Source: Cyanophora paradoxa CCMP329 | Taxonomy: Eukaryota > Plantae > Glaucophyta | Direction of reading: 5' to 3' | DNA length: 64,000 nucleotides | Assembly: GCA_004431415.1 (NCBI GenBank) | Contig: QPMI01000068.1 | Coordinates: 62,001 to 126,000, forward strand | Part shown: one piece after another, positions 24,259 to 34,835 of the stretch | Layout: the number at the start of each line of letters is the position of its first letter | Numbering within the stretch: the first letter of the stretch is position 1 | Notes under the pieces: model-generated | Database searches by the model: none | Seen by the model: only the letters and a program-made list of their open reading frames with translations | What the model was told of the DNA's origin: nothing | Made by a program: the position numbers and the translations under genes

Positions 24259-25130
24259 CTTTTCACCTGTGAGTATAGTTGACTTCAATCATGGGATAAC
24301 TGCTTGCCTTATTGATGGTGCTATCTCAGGAAACAATAACCCCAGTGTGTGTGGCTATAGCCATGCGAGGAAGATTTACAGTGATGATGATGACATTATA
24401 GTTATAAGCATCTCTTGTGGTGAGGTAGACCCATATTTAGAGTCTGATTATTTCGGCTATGCTTATGAGACTGTGAACAGTTGGGGCATTCTCTCATGGA
24501 TTGCCTCAACAGATGGAAGCCCATTGATTAACATGCTCATGGCAGCAAGTGAGCTGTCGGCTCTTGACAAGATGGAGGAGTTGCTACCTTATAACTACGA
24601 TCAGGATTATGTAAGGTACTATAGGCTATCTGTTCCTCTTCCAAATCACATAGTCAGGTCCCTTGATGATACCTCTAAAATCCCTGACATGCTTTCGTTC
24701 ACTGAGACATACATAGCAGCAAACAACAGCATGATTAATAAGCTTTGCGATTTGCTGGTAGCAAACTATGAATTAAAGAACCCATCAAAAGCATACATCT
24801 CTTCCACTCTCACCCTGTCACCACCTTTGGATGCTAATTGGTACAAACTTGCTGATGATGCCTTTACTGCCTCCTCCTCTGTGATAGGTAAAGAGCCCCA
24901 CATGGCTCGACCTTCATCATTTGGCTGGGAAGCTGGGGCATTTGCTCCAGAGCAGATATGGGAGACCCCCACTGAGTACCTTCAAGTTGCTTTCCCATAC
25001 ACTTTTGAACTCTCTTCAGTGGTTGCCTATGGGTCAGGGGACACCAATGCTTTTATAAAGACTTTCAGTGTGGCTACATCAACTAATGGGGTCAACTGGT
25101 CTTTTATTCGAGCAGAGGGGCAGAACAAAA

Positions 25131-25862
25131 CTATATATCTGCCATCTTATTGCTGTAATAAACAAAACTATATATCTGCCATCTTATTGCTATATAGGGG
25201 GTATACTGCTCAGCATTCATATCTGCCATCTTATTGCTGTAATAAACATATCTAAGAGGTGTGGACGAAAGTCTGGATCCCGAAAAGGTAGTTCCCCACA
25301 ATGGGTGATTGAGTGTGATAGGTTTGCCATCATACTTTAGAAAATTCTCAGGGCGATATGGAGATTGAGAGGGGGAATTGTCATCCATAAATGAAGACTG
25401 GAACTCAGTTGAGCTTAAACCCAATAGCTTACCAATGCGCTTATTGCTTGCTCTTATACGGAAAAATCTGTTACTGTAGAACTCCACTTTATAAGTGGTT
25501 GGATTGTAGTATAATTTGAATTCGAAAGCAACTGTTTTTCCTGCTATAGTTTCCTCATAGAACACATAGTTCAATCCATAGTTGTATGGTTGGGTGACCC
25601 CAAAATGTCCCTGATTGATATAACCGGTTGGCAGGGGGGAGATGTTGTAAGTTACTGTTTCAGTGACAGAACTATCCTGATAGGTGAATTCCACTATTAA
25701 ATGATCTGTTCCCACACTATTGTAAATGCTGTTTGGAATTTCTGCGTAAATAACCCTACACTCTCGAGGTCTCTCTACTGGTGTTGTGAGGGCAACCCTG
25801 TAAGAGTTTTCGGTTTCACCTTGGCTGCGATCCCTGCTATCAACATTGACAAGCCGGTTCAT
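25131..25862 (-). pseudogene. Penton-like protein B, second copy, C-terminus deleted or scrambled
   Basis: MNRLVNVDSRDR...; homology to 6022-6933 ends at KMADMNAEQY within locally duplicated sequence. Confidence 0.8.
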
Positions 25863-25891
25863 TTTAATATATGAATATAGATAAAAGGAGA

Positions 25892-26902
25892 ATGCCCGTG
25901 GACTACATTGAGGTGAGTTCTTTTAATACAATCTCTGGTGACGGTCCTACTTCCAGCTTTGTAGCTCGACTTCCAAACATATATGAGAATGTGAGGGCTG
26001 TCAGGCTGGTCTCAGCCGAATTTTATAATAGTATCCCTATGGTGAGTGGTGAAACGCAACCAGGGGATATTACAATTGATAATTCATTCAGCATTTTTTG
26101 GAGTGAAGAATTCAATGGTGCTGGCATTGATGGCATTCCAACTACTCGACCAGCGGCCGGCTTCGAACCTTGGAAGCAATTAATTATAAGCCGCAAAAAA
26201 CCCATTCAAAGCCACCAGCAATTGGTAAATGTAATTAATGCGAAATTCGATGATAGAGAGCCGGAACCATCTATTCGCTGTAAATGGGATGAGTCACTAA
26301 AACGGATTATATTCCACTCAGAGAAACCTTTCTATTTAGCCTTCTCTAACGCTGGAAATCCAAACCAGAAAACGATCCAAAAGTTACTGAGTGCTGCCCG
26401 ATTGCTTGGTCTTGATCCAGGAAGATATGGAAATTCCCCAATTCAATCACAGGTTTATAATGCTCTTACTGATGGCATCTTTACTGGTGAACGGGTGAAT
26501 GGTATTATATCTTCGTTTGAGCCTGAAAAGACAAGGGACAGTGTTTTATTTGTCAGAGTAAAAGAATTGGGAGATCTGGTTCAGTGTGGGGATGGTCTCC
26601 TGACAGGCTACTTCCACAAAATCGTGGTTCCTGACAAGGACTACGGTGAGCATGTGGTTTACAATTCAACAGAATCTCACCCACTTTACAAGTACTATAA
26701 CAAAAAAATGGGTTTGTCTACATTCTCTGTGGATATAGTAAATGCTATAAACGAACCAATCGATTTTGAGGGTCAACCTGTCCACCTCACATTTGAAATT
26801 CGATATGGGGAGGAGCCAGCAGGCGACCCTGTCTATGAATACTTTAAGATGCGGATGTCACAAAGTCATCCAACATATCCAATCATTGCGAGTTTTGGGT
26901 AA
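25892..26902 (+). CDS. Penton-like protein A, second copy
   Basis: Homologous to 4983-5993, with conserved ends and a variable middle. Confidence 0.75.
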   Translation: MPVDYIEVSSFNTISGDGPTSSFVARLPNIYENVRAVRLVSAEFYNSIPMVSGETQPGDITIDNSFSIFWSEEFNGAGIDGIPTTRPAAGFEPWKQLIISRKKPIQSHQQLVNVINAKFDDREPEPSIRCKWDESLKRIIFHSEKPFYLAFSNAGNPNQKTIQKLLSAARLLGLDPGRYGNSPIQSQVYNALTDGIFTGERVNGIISSFEPEKTRDSVLFVRVKELGDLVQCGDGLLTGYFHKIVVPDKDYGEHVVYNSTESHPLYKYYNKKMGLSTFSVDIVNAINEPIDFEGQPVHLTFEIRYGEEPAGDPVYEYFKMRMSQSHPTYPIIASFG

Positions 26903-27490
26903 ACACAAGGTTCATTCGTAATTTTTTTATGTTACAGTATAATAAAAGAGAAAACGGAAGATATGGAAATTCCCCAATTCAATCACAGGTTTATAATGCT
27001 CTTACTGATGGCATCTTTACTGGTGAACGGGTGAATGGTATTATATCTTCGTTTGAGCCTGAAAAGACAAGGGACAGTGTTTTATTTGTCAGAGTAAAAG
27101 AATTGGGAGATCTGGTTCAGTGTGGGGATGGTCTCCTGACAGGCTACTTCCACAAAATCGTGGTTCCTGACAAGGACTACGGTGAGCATGTGGTTTACAA
27201 TTCAACAGAATCTCACCCACTTTACAAGTACTATAACAAAAAAATGGGTTTGTCTACATTCTCTGTGGATATAGTAAATGCTATAAACGAACCAATCGAT
27301 TTTGAGGGTCAACCTGTCCACCTCACATTTGAAATTCGATATGGGGAGGAGCCAGCAGGCGACCCTGTCTATGAATACTTTAAGATGCGGATGTCACAAA
27401 GTCATCCAACATATCCAATCATTGCGAGTTTTGGGTAAACACAAGGTTCATTCGTAATTTTTTTATGTTACAGTATAATAAAAGAGAAAA
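26420..27490 (+). repeat. 535-bp direct tandem duplication (26420-26954 / 26956-27490)
   Basis: Apparently identical copies of the penton 3' half plus intergenic DNA; period 536. Confidence 0.9.
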
Positions 27491-27492
27491 TC

Positions 27493-28863
27493 ATGGATAT
27501 TACGTCGACCCTCCAGCGCCTTTCGTTGAAAGAAGCCCTAACAACCCCAGAGGAGGCCAAGGCCTTCTTTCTGGATAACTCCCTAATGCTTGGTCTTGAA
27601 TCCAAGTCTAAGCCCGTTCTTGTTGTTGTGAACCCGAGCAATACTTTTGAAAATAGTGTTGGAAATCGCATTTCATTCAAACTCCCTCGCTACAATTTCT
27701 GTGGCAAACTCGAACTTGCCTTCGACCTTCCAGCTATCACTTTTGGTGATGCTGATCTTGTTCGGAATGGGTACACTCGCCCAGTTGGTGCTTTGGTTCA
27801 GCGACTTGAAATTACCTATGGGTCATACACCTACCATATCCCTTCTGATTTCCTTGCTCATTTCCCTCTTGTCTATTATAGTGAGGATCAACTTGCCAAA
27901 AAGAAGCGATCAATGGGTATGCTTCACGGCATCCCCGCCCATGGAACCAACCGACTTGGTGGTTCTTTCTTCGTTGAAATTCCTGTGCCTTGGCTAAACC
28001 ACTACCTACCTCTTGGTGCTCTGTCTGGTGAAATGGTAGTAACTGTTTGGTTCAAGGATGTAGGGAAGGGTTATGTTGAGACTTCTTATGGTGGTCGTAC
28101 TCTTCCTAAGGCTGGGGACACAGCCATTGATGGGGACAAGGACGATGGGCGTGGCGTCGCACCTGCTGAATCTGTGCTGGCACATGTTGGCCAAAACATC
28201 ACCACTTTCAATCTTGGTGCGCCAAACGTTGAAATTAAAATTACTTCTCCTCGCCTTTATATGTATGCTGTTAATGTGTCTGATGAGCTTTTCGCTACTG
28301 TTATTGAGAAGGTAAAGACAACTGGCATGGCTATCCCTGCTCTGGATATTGGATTTGTGGATGTCAGTGATATGAAAGCCAAGGGTCTTGCCCAACCCAA
28401 TCGAGTTAACCTCTCCCAAATCTCAGGTCTTGTTTATGCTCTGCTTGTTTCAGTTCGTGATAACGCTACTGTTGACAAAGCTAATGGTTCCCACAGTGTA
28501 CTTAAGACCTATTCCAACTCCAAAGATATTACTTTCACTGTGGAAATTAATGGTCAACGTCTCTATGCCACTGAGCCTATTCCACTGCTCAAGGGTGCTG
28601 AGCTGATTGCTGATGTCTTCAAATGCTCTAATATGGATAAGGTTGCTGATCGCTATGTTCTTTCAGGGCTGCCATTCTGTCTTGATGGTGAGAAGGCTAT
28701 TCGCAATGTTGCCCAGTCTGGCTATGTTGACCTGACCAATTCTTCATCTTCATTCCTCACTCTCTACATGCCCACTGACAAGGCAATTGATGTCAATGTT
28801 CGCGCTCTCATGCATAGTTTCATCATTGTGGACAAGGATGGTCTCCGGCGTATCAATCTATAA
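27493..28863 (+). CDS. Major capsid protein (double jelly-roll), L family
   Basis: 456 aa; ISFKLPRYNFCGKLELAFDLP, EIPVPW..HYLPLGAL, C-terminal VNVRALMHSFIIVDKDG; lies between penton and ATPase. Confidence 0.8.
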   Translation: MDITSTLQRLSLKEALTTPEEAKAFFLDNSLMLGLESKSKPVLVVVNPSNTFENSVGNRISFKLPRYNFCGKLELAFDLPAITFGDADLVRNGYTRPVGALVQRLEITYGSYTYHIPSDFLAHFPLVYYSEDQLAKKKRSMGMLHGIPAHGTNRLGGSFFVEIPVPWLNHYLPLGALSGEMVVTVWFKDVGKGYVETSYGGRTLPKAGDTAIDGDKDDGRGVAPAESVLAHVGQNITTFNLGAPNVEIKITSPRLYMYAVNVSDELFATVIEKVKTTGMAIPALDIGFVDVSDMKAKGLAQPNRVNLSQISGLVYALLVSVRDNATVDKANGSHSVLKTYSNSKDITFTVEINGQRLYATEPIPLLKGAELIADVFKCSNMDKVADRYVLSGLPFCLDGEKAIRNVAQSGYVDLTNSSSSFLTLYMPTDKAIDVNVRALMHSFIIVDKDGLRRINL

Positions 28864-28916
28864 ACCATATTCAGTCACATCGTATTATTTTTATCTGGTT
28901 CTTTATAGAAGGAAGC

Positions 28917-29699
28917 ATGGGCGACTTGGACGAATTTAATGCTGGTGAGATGATAAATCCCCCTTTCCGCGTTTTGGCAATTGGCAAATCTGCTACTGGT
29001 AAATCAGAGGCTGTAAAGTATTGGCTCAAGCAGCTTCATGATGCCAAAAAGATTGATGTCGTTTTGGTGGTGAGTGGAACAAGCTTTAATCATTTCTGGG
29101 ATAAGGTGGCCACATTACAATTGGGGAAATGGGACGCCCCTTACATTGCTAAATTGCTGGATGAAAGGCAAGAGAAAATAGAAAAGGGGGAACCTGTAAA
29201 CCAATTATGTGTTGTTTTGGACGACCTTATTGACAACGAAATAGTAGATTTAACCCGAGATAAAATAATCGGAAGTCTTTACAGTCGTGGTAGACATTCG
29301 AAAATATCTATTATCTGTATCACACAAAAGCTGAGGAAAGTCTCATCGACCATTCGCATCAACTCAGATTATGCTATGTTCCTAAGCGCTGCCAATAGAA
29401 AAGAGCTTGAAGCCATTGAGGAAGAATACAATATAATGCGGGACAAAGATGTTTTCTATAAAATGTTTGAAGAATATGTACATTCCTATCAGTTTCTAAT
29501 TTGGTCATCTGCCGATTATTCTGTGAAATATTTCGTAGATAAAGCGGATTTGGTCAAAGATTTCCCATTTCCACGGTTCCACAGGAAGCCAAAGAAGAAA
29601 GAAGATGAGCTTAAACCACCAGAGAAAGAAGAAGGGCGAAAAGAAGTCAAAAGCCAAGTTCATAGTAATAAGTTAATGCGATATAAACGCGGTCTATAA
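28917..29699 (+). CDS. A32-like packaging ATPase, L family
   Basis: GKSATGKS, CVVLDD, RGRHSKIS, Q..VSSTIRIN. Confidence 0.9.
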   Translation: MGDLDEFNAGEMINPPFRVLAIGKSATGKSEAVKYWLKQLHDAKKIDVVLVVSGTSFNHFWDKVATLQLGKWDAPYIAKLLDERQEKIEKGEPVNQLCVVLDDLIDNEIVDLTRDKIIGSLYSRGRHSKISIICITQKLRKVSSTIRINSDYAMFLSAANRKELEAIEEEYNIMRDKDVFYKMFEEYVHSYQFLIWSSADYSVKYFVDKADLVKDFPFPRFHRKPKKKEDELKPPEKEEGRKEVKSQVHSNKLMRYKRGL

Positions 29700-29727
29700 A
29701 AATATCTCTCACTTTAATAAAGACACA

Positions 29728-30462
29728 ATGCCCCCCAAACGCAAAATAGGCATCCCTGCTGGGGCTGTTGGTTATTCAGGCGGTGGTAACAATGGCTCCA
29801 TTAACACAGACCCGCTTAAATTCAATGGAATGAATGAGATAAAGCCCTCACAACAGCAAGAGGATCCCCTTAATGCCGCCTATGAGGAATCTTTTGATGA
29901 CAAAGCCCCACAGACGTCCACCAGTGATCAGCTCAACATCTCCCCTGAAGCTTCTAAAATGAAGGCTGTGGGTGAGGGTGCCAGGCGAATTATAGGTGCT
30001 GCTGATGACAAAGGTCTTGGGCTCCAAGATCTATCACTCACTCGCAAAGGTGAGGGTCTCAGTAAAGAATCAGACAAGGTTATCCAGTCTATGGCGGGTG
30101 AAGTCACATACAAGACTGCTCCCACCCAGAATATTCATAGAGTTCCCAAGGCTCAATGGGACGAAATGACTGCCAAACTTAAAGATCTGGAAGCCAAATC
30201 AAGTGCCTTAGAGCAATATGTAACTGAGAAGAGAGAGAGATCCAAACTCAAGGAGATGCTAAGAAAGGAGGTGTTCAAAATGGGGATTACTGGGATTCCT
30301 GATAAACAGTTTATTGCCAAGAAAGAGACCCAAATCGATGAGCAAGCTGTTGATGAAATGAAAACAAAGACCCAAAAGGGGACTATTGAGCCAGGTGCCA
30401 CAAAGGCTGAGGTGGACAAAGGCGTAGCTCCCACAGTGTATAAACGACGGGTTTGGCTTTGA
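29728..30462 (+). CDS. Hypothetical protein (Lys/Glu-rich, coiled-coil-like)
   Basis: 244-aa ORF with AT-rich leader, packed tightly after the ATPase. Confidence 0.6.
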   Translation: MPPKRKIGIPAGAVGYSGGGNNGSINTDPLKFNGMNEIKPSQQQEDPLNAAYEESFDDKAPQTSTSDQLNISPEASKMKAVGEGARRIIGAADDKGLGLQDLSLTRKGEGLSKESDKVIQSMAGEVTYKTAPTQNIHRVPKAQWDEMTAKLKDLEAKSSALEQYVTEKRERSKLKEMLRKEVFKMGITGIPDKQFIAKKETQIDEQAVDEMKTKTQKGTIEPGATKAEVDKGVAPTVYKRRVWL

Positions 30463-30487
30463 AAGCGTTTTTCTATAGATATTATAA

Positions 30488-30718
30488 ATGGAGGATACGA
30501 TTAGTCTGGTGGAGTTCACTGTTGATAGCCCTGTGACTGAGAGTTATATTAAAAACGCTTTAGCAAACCAAAAAAGATACAGGGAAGACCCGGAATATAG
30601 AGAGTTTAAGAAACAGCAAGCCTTGGCATCATATTATCGCCGAAAGGCACAAAAAGAAGCAGGGAGGCCCATAGGGAGGCCAATTAAATATTATCTGACT
30701 ACTGAGAGCAGCAACTGA
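30488..30718 (+). CDS. Small basic protein (RYREDPEYRE...GRPIKY)
   Basis: 76 aa, AT-hook-like GRP motif; resembles 34496-34687. Confidence 0.55.
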   Translation: MEDTISLVEFTVDSPVTESYIKNALANQKRYREDPEYREFKKQQALASYYRRKAQKEAGRPIGRPIKYYLTTESSN

Positions 30719-30743
30719 GTTATTTTGTCCTGTTACTTGTAAG

Positions 30744-31085
30744 ATGTGGCAATGGTTTCACCAATTGCTGGATATGTTTCACATTCATGTGACCAGCAAT
30801 TATAAGAGTAGCTGTTGTGATACTACTATTGACGTCAGCATTGGATCTTCCTCCCCAAGTGGATCCAGGAGTGGGTCTCCCTATGATGTGGTGATGAGGT
30901 CAGGCTCAACTGAGGGGCAAAGGGTAAGCTTGGAGTGTATTGAAGAGGTGACAGGGGAGCAATTTGCTGAGGCTGTGAGTAGTGCTTTAAATGAGTACCA
31001 AGGGCACTTCCGGACAAGGCCTTCAACACCTGAAAGGAGGAACGTTTACGCTGCGCATATTATCGACCATCAGGGAAGGTATTAA
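30744..31085 (+). CDS. Hypothetical protein
   Basis: 113-aa ORF in a compact gene array. Confidence 0.4.
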   Translation: MWQWFHQLLDMFHIHVTSNYKSSCCDTTIDVSIGSSSPSGSRSGSPYDVVMRSGSTEGQRVSLECIEEVTGEQFAEAVSSALNEYQGHFRTRPSTPERRNVYAAHIIDHQGRY

Positions 31086-31296
31086 TCTCGTTTCCAAGCA
31101 TGAGAAGGTCGTTTGATATTTTTTGTAAGGCTGCTTTGATGTGTGGAGACAAAGGAGCTATGCGGTGTCCAAGGTTGTACAGTTCTATAGAGAGGCGATG
31201 TATGGAGTCACTCAATTCAGGGCTTGGAGACGTCAGTGCCAGATATGAGAGTTCAAAGGAGACCTCTACAAGGCGAGTATGGATTGGGGTGGCCAT
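31060..31296 (-). CDS. Hypothetical protein
   Basis: 78-aa ORF with ATG after an AT-rich leader. Confidence 0.4.
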   Translation of the reverse strand: MATPIHTRLVEVSFELSYLALTSPSPELSDSIHRLSIELYNLGHRIAPLSPHIKAALQKISNDLLMLGNEINTFPDGR

Positions 31297-31356
31297 TGGG
31301 CTCTACTTTTAAAAAAGCATAAAAATGTTGGGGTGCTGGGATGAGGGTCTCCACAT

Positions 31357-31593
31357 TTACGATTTTCTCCAGCTTAAATTTGCTTTGTGGAGTAGGGCAT
31401 ACCCCTCCATGCCAAAGTTATCACATATGATGTTCTCATATGCCTCCATCAATCTGCGCAATTCTTTACTTTTCTGGGGGTTGATGTCTTGGGGTGCCTT
31501 CCTATATTCATCATAGTACTGCTGCCTGACTGCCTCCCATAGTTCAACCATGTCCTCAAGGGGGATGTCATCATAGCTGCTGTCTGAATCCAT
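31357..31593 (-). CDS. Hypothetical acidic protein
   Basis: MDSDSSYDD...; AAAATTGA motif ~57 nt upstream (31650-31657). Confidence 0.5.
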   Translation of the reverse strand: MDSDSSYDDIPLEDMVELWEAVRQQYYDEYRKAPQDINPQKSKELRRLMEAYENIICDNFGMEGYALLHKANLSWRKS

Positions 31594-31674
31594 GGTGCTA
31601 CTGGTGGGCTGGTATGTAAGACTGTTTGGGGGTTGGAGGGTGGAAAGAATCAATTTTTTGGGACCCTACCCCCA

Positions 31675-31877
31675 CAGGGTAGACAGGAGGTAGACAGAAG
31701 GTAGACAGGGTAGAGGGTTGTTTGTAAACTTTCTTAGGAAAATCCCTCCTCGCGGGAAGTTTTACATACAACCCTCTACCCTGTCTACCCAGACCCTCTA
31801 CCCTCTACCCTCTACCCTCTACCCTGTCTACCCAGACCCTCTACCCTCTACCCTCTACCCCCTACCCTCTACCCTCA
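31675..31877. promoter_or_regulatory. Putative replication origin: inverted iteron arrays around a 64-bp core
   Basis: GGTAGACAG/GGTAGAGG repeats face CTCTACC/CTGTCTACC repeats, immediately downstream of the primase-helicase. Confidence 0.55.
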
Positions 31878-31882
31878 TATGA

Positions 31883-34360
31883 TTATTCACTATCACTTTC
31901 AATTCCACATTTTGACTTCAATCCCACATAGTAAATGGAATTCACACCATTCCTTTTCACCTGCTTCTTAGGAATCCCATTGATCACAGTCATAGCTGTT
32001 CCAAAGGCTGTTTGGCTCATTTCTTTATCCACTCTGGAATACTCTTTGAATAGATCAGCTGCCTTGATGACGTCACTGCTGCTGTGGGTGATTTCAAAGT
32101 TTGCCTGGAGCCATGTCAGCACTGGGTTATTCTCAGTAATATATTCCTTGCTGGCCTCCCTCACAGATTCAGGCACTGGGATGAAACCCATGGAACCCAC
32201 CTCTGTGGTGTAAATATCAATGAGCAGCCTCATGAAAGCCAGAGGGTACCTTTCATCATCCCTAATTCTGCCCATCAGGCTGGGGTCTGCCTTCGTTTGG
32301 CCTTGGATGGGATTTTCCTTGAACTGATATTCAAAGTGGGACACATGGAGGCGCCTTTGAATGCCTCCATCCAGTTTGGAGAGCTTTGGAATATCATTTG
32401 TGAGCAGGAATGGAATGAATTGAGGGCTGAATGTTATGGGGTTCCCATATAGCTGCCTTGCTGTGATTTTCTCACCTCCAGTGATCTCCTTTATTTTGCC
32501 CACCTGAAGCTTGTCACTGGCCTCTGGCTCATTGGAGAAGATCACCCTCACACCCTTTTTATCAGCCAGCTCAGGAACAGGGGCGCCAGACCTTGGCTTC
32601 CCACTCACCCAATAAGAGCTGTCAAGAGGCTGGGCATAATCACCAAGCGCCTTAAGTGCCAGCTCCTGAACAGTGGATTTACCATTGGAACCAGTGCCTG
32701 TCCATATGTGGAAGCGCTGGTCTTTGTTGCCCTTTCCAGACAGGGCTCCAGCCAATGTCCTGATCATGAACTGAGCAGTCTCTTGATCTTTGAATGGCTC
32801 ATATACAATTTTCTTAATTTCTTCCATGACATTCCCGTCAATCACAGAAGCATATGGATAGCCCACTGTCTTGCTGACATACTCATCAGCTTTGGCTGGG
32901 CGAAAGACCTTGTTTTGAAGGTCATAGACTCCATTGGTGAACCCAATCAGCTCCTTGGATTCATCCATTTTGGCAGCTATTTCAGTGTCAGCAAAGTGAG
33001 CCTTGGCCTCTTTGATGATGGAATTTTTGAATCCACATTTCAGGAGCTGTTTGGAAATTTCAAGGCATTTCTTGGCATTCTCCTCATACTTTGAGCTTTC
33101 ATCTGGATTAGCAGCAGCTGCGCGAGTATTTTCCATTGCCTCCTTCATGAAGAGCTTCATGACATCAGTGGATAGTACTTTGCGCAGTGTATGGGGCTCC
33201 CTTTCAGCTCTCCACAGTCCAGTGGCCTTATCCCTCACATACCAGATGTCTTTTTGATTGGCATCATAGCAGAATTGGTCTTTCTGTGTGTGGTACAGGA
33301 CTTCAGCCACATTGTAATGACCTCCATTAGAAGCAATGGCATTTTTAATGGCCTGCTTGAGGTCTCCCTTGTTGGCAAACAGCTGAATAAATAGATCCAG
33401 ATTATCAGCTTTGAGCCAGAAGACCAGAGAAGCATATGTCAGTGGCTTTGCTGAGCTGCCCTTTTGGAAGCTCTGCCAAGCCTTGTCACATGCCTCAGCA
33501 CTATATTTGCTGCTCTGTTGGCTGAACTTGTGCCAGATGGCCAGTACTCTGTCTTCAGGCATTTTCTTGTCCCCCATTGTGCTTGTCAGGGCCAACCCAA
33601 CATTAACCCAGTCAGCATAGCCATCAGCTCGTTTTTCGCTGAGCCCCATCACAAGCTTTTCCAGCTCATCACTGGTGATGATTTCGCTGGAATAAGCATT
33701 ATTTTTGGGCAGCTCCTGGGCAGGCTCCTCCTTCTCTGGAAGAGTGAGCAGGGCCTCCTTGCCAGTGAGAAGCTGGACAAAGAAATCAGTGTCCTCATGG
33801 GATGTTAGCTTGGTGAACACAGTGTCCCAGCAAGGTTCCTCATAGGTGCTGCTCTTGTCAGCAAGAGCCTTCTCTTTACAGCAACCAAGGCACACAAGCG
33901 CCCTGTTGTTGTTGTAAACAGATGGATCATAGTCCTCATGAGGCTTGAGCCCAGCCCTCTCAAGGAAAACAGGGAAATCCCTGTAGATGCCATGAAGGGT
34001 GGTACATACCATGTGGGCACTCACTTTGTAGCATGGATCCTGTGTGTCTTTTTTGATCAGCAGCCTTGATCTGGTGGATATGGCAATGGTGCTGATGTGG
34101 ACACCAAGTGCCTTGGCCAGCTTTTCAGCCTTGGAGTTAATTAGCCCAAGTCCCTCATCATCAACCTCATCAACAGGCAGAACCTGTTCGAAATCAATGT
34201 AGAGCTTGGTGAATTTATGGCCACTCAAGTACTCAGCCATGTGCCTGTTGCCTGAAGCAATCCTCTGGAGTGCCTCAGTGACTCTGATAGTCACAGTGCT
34301 GGCTTCGCGGCTGCCAATGATGCTTGTTAGGAAGGTGCCAATGATGCTGGTGGATGCCAT
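31883..34360 (-). CDS. AEP primase - PriCT-2 - D5-like SF3 helicase
   Basis: LYIDFE, SAH, DPSVY (AEP); YADWVNVGLAL...WHKFSQQSSKY (PriCT-2); GTGSNGKS, SNEP, KEITGGEKITARQLY (SF3). Confidence 0.92.
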   Translation of the reverse strand: MASTSIIGTFLTSIIGSREASTVTIRVTEALQRIASGNRHMAEYLSGHKFTKLYIDFEQVLPVDEVDDEGLGLINSKAEKLAKALGVHISTIAISTRSRLLIKKDTQDPCYKVSAHMVCTTLHGIYRDFPVFLERAGLKPHEDYDPSVYNNNRALVCLGCCKEKALADKSSTYEEPCWDTVFTKLTSHEDTDFFVQLLTGKEALLTLPEKEEPAQELPKNNAYSSEIITSDELEKLVMGLSEKRADGYADWVNVGLALTSTMGDKKMPEDRVLAIWHKFSQQSSKYSAEACDKAWQSFQKGSSAKPLTYASLVFWLKADNLDLFIQLFANKGDLKQAIKNAIASNGGHYNVAEVLYHTQKDQFCYDANQKDIWYVRDKATGLWRAEREPHTLRKVLSTDVMKLFMKEAMENTRAAAANPDESSKYEENAKKCLEISKQLLKCGFKNSIIKEAKAHFADTEIAAKMDESKELIGFTNGVYDLQNKVFRPAKADEYVSKTVGYPYASVIDGNVMEEIKKIVYEPFKDQETAQFMIRTLAGALSGKGNKDQRFHIWTGTGSNGKSTVQELALKALGDYAQPLDSSYWVSGKPRSGAPVPELADKKGVRVIFSNEPEASDKLQVGKIKEITGGEKITARQLYGNPITFSPQFIPFLLTNDIPKLSKLDGGIQRRLHVSHFEYQFKENPIQGQTKADPSLMGRIRDDERYPLAFMRLLIDIYTTEVGSMGFIPVPESVREASKEYITENNPVLTWLQANFEITHSSSDVIKAADLFKEYSRVDKEMSQTAFGTAMTVINGIPKKQVKRNGVNSIYYVGLKSKCGIESDSE

Positions 34361-34495
34361 TCTACTATAGGGTGAGATAATTATTTCAGTGAACTATACC
34401 CTTAAGTACTTTTCGAAAAAAGGAGTAACTCAAATCAATTTTTCGGGACCCCCCTCCCCCCTCCCCCCTCCCCCATCCCCCTCTCCCCTCTCCCC

Positions 34496-34687
34496 TCACA
34501 CATAGGGATCCCGCTTTCTCGGCCGCCCCCTCCTATCTGGGGTCGCCTCCTCAAACAGATACCTGATACACAGGAGAGCCCCAGCCTTGTATGTGCTGAC
34601 CCTCACGTATTTTTTGTGGAGCTCGCGAAACTCTGGATCGTTTTGGATCCTGCGCTTGATGTACCTCATTTGCTTGGTGTACGCCAT
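34496..34687 (-). CDS. Small basic AT-hook-like protein
   Basis: NDPEFRE...LLCIRYLF...RRGRPRK; similar to 56447-56701. Confidence 0.55.
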   Translation of the reverse strand: MAYTKQMRYIKRRIQNDPEFRELHKKYVRVSTYKAGALLCIRYLFEEATPDRRGRPRKRDPYV

Positions 34688-34835
34688 TGCTGGATGTGTT
34701 CCCCTTATAGTATAGTTGAGATTTCTTTTTAAATAGGGATCGCGGGGTTTATTCTCATTGAGCGCCGCGAATTTTCCAAAATATACCCATTTAAAGATTA
34801 TTTTCGTACCTATATATAAGATACAGCCCCCAGCA

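Larger units (their letters stand above)
21598..25125 (+). pseudogene. Patatin-discoidin fusion, second copy; split by insertion 22105-24258 and 3'-truncated
   Basis: APTYFSPVS|IVDFNHG rejoins across the TSD; homology to 6945-8507 ends near 25125. Confidence 0.85.

Noticed and set aside
26929-27438. Separate 169-aa gene
   Set aside because: It is the product of the tandem duplication of the penton 3' half.
788-28863. A single virus with two different major capsid proteins
   Set aside because: TIR and TSD boundaries show the 408-aa and 456-aa MCPs belong to separate nested elements, each with its own ATPase.
31790-31877. Telomeric repeat (CCCTCTA)n
   Set aside because: Short, internal, and mirrored by an inverted array; better explained as iterons.
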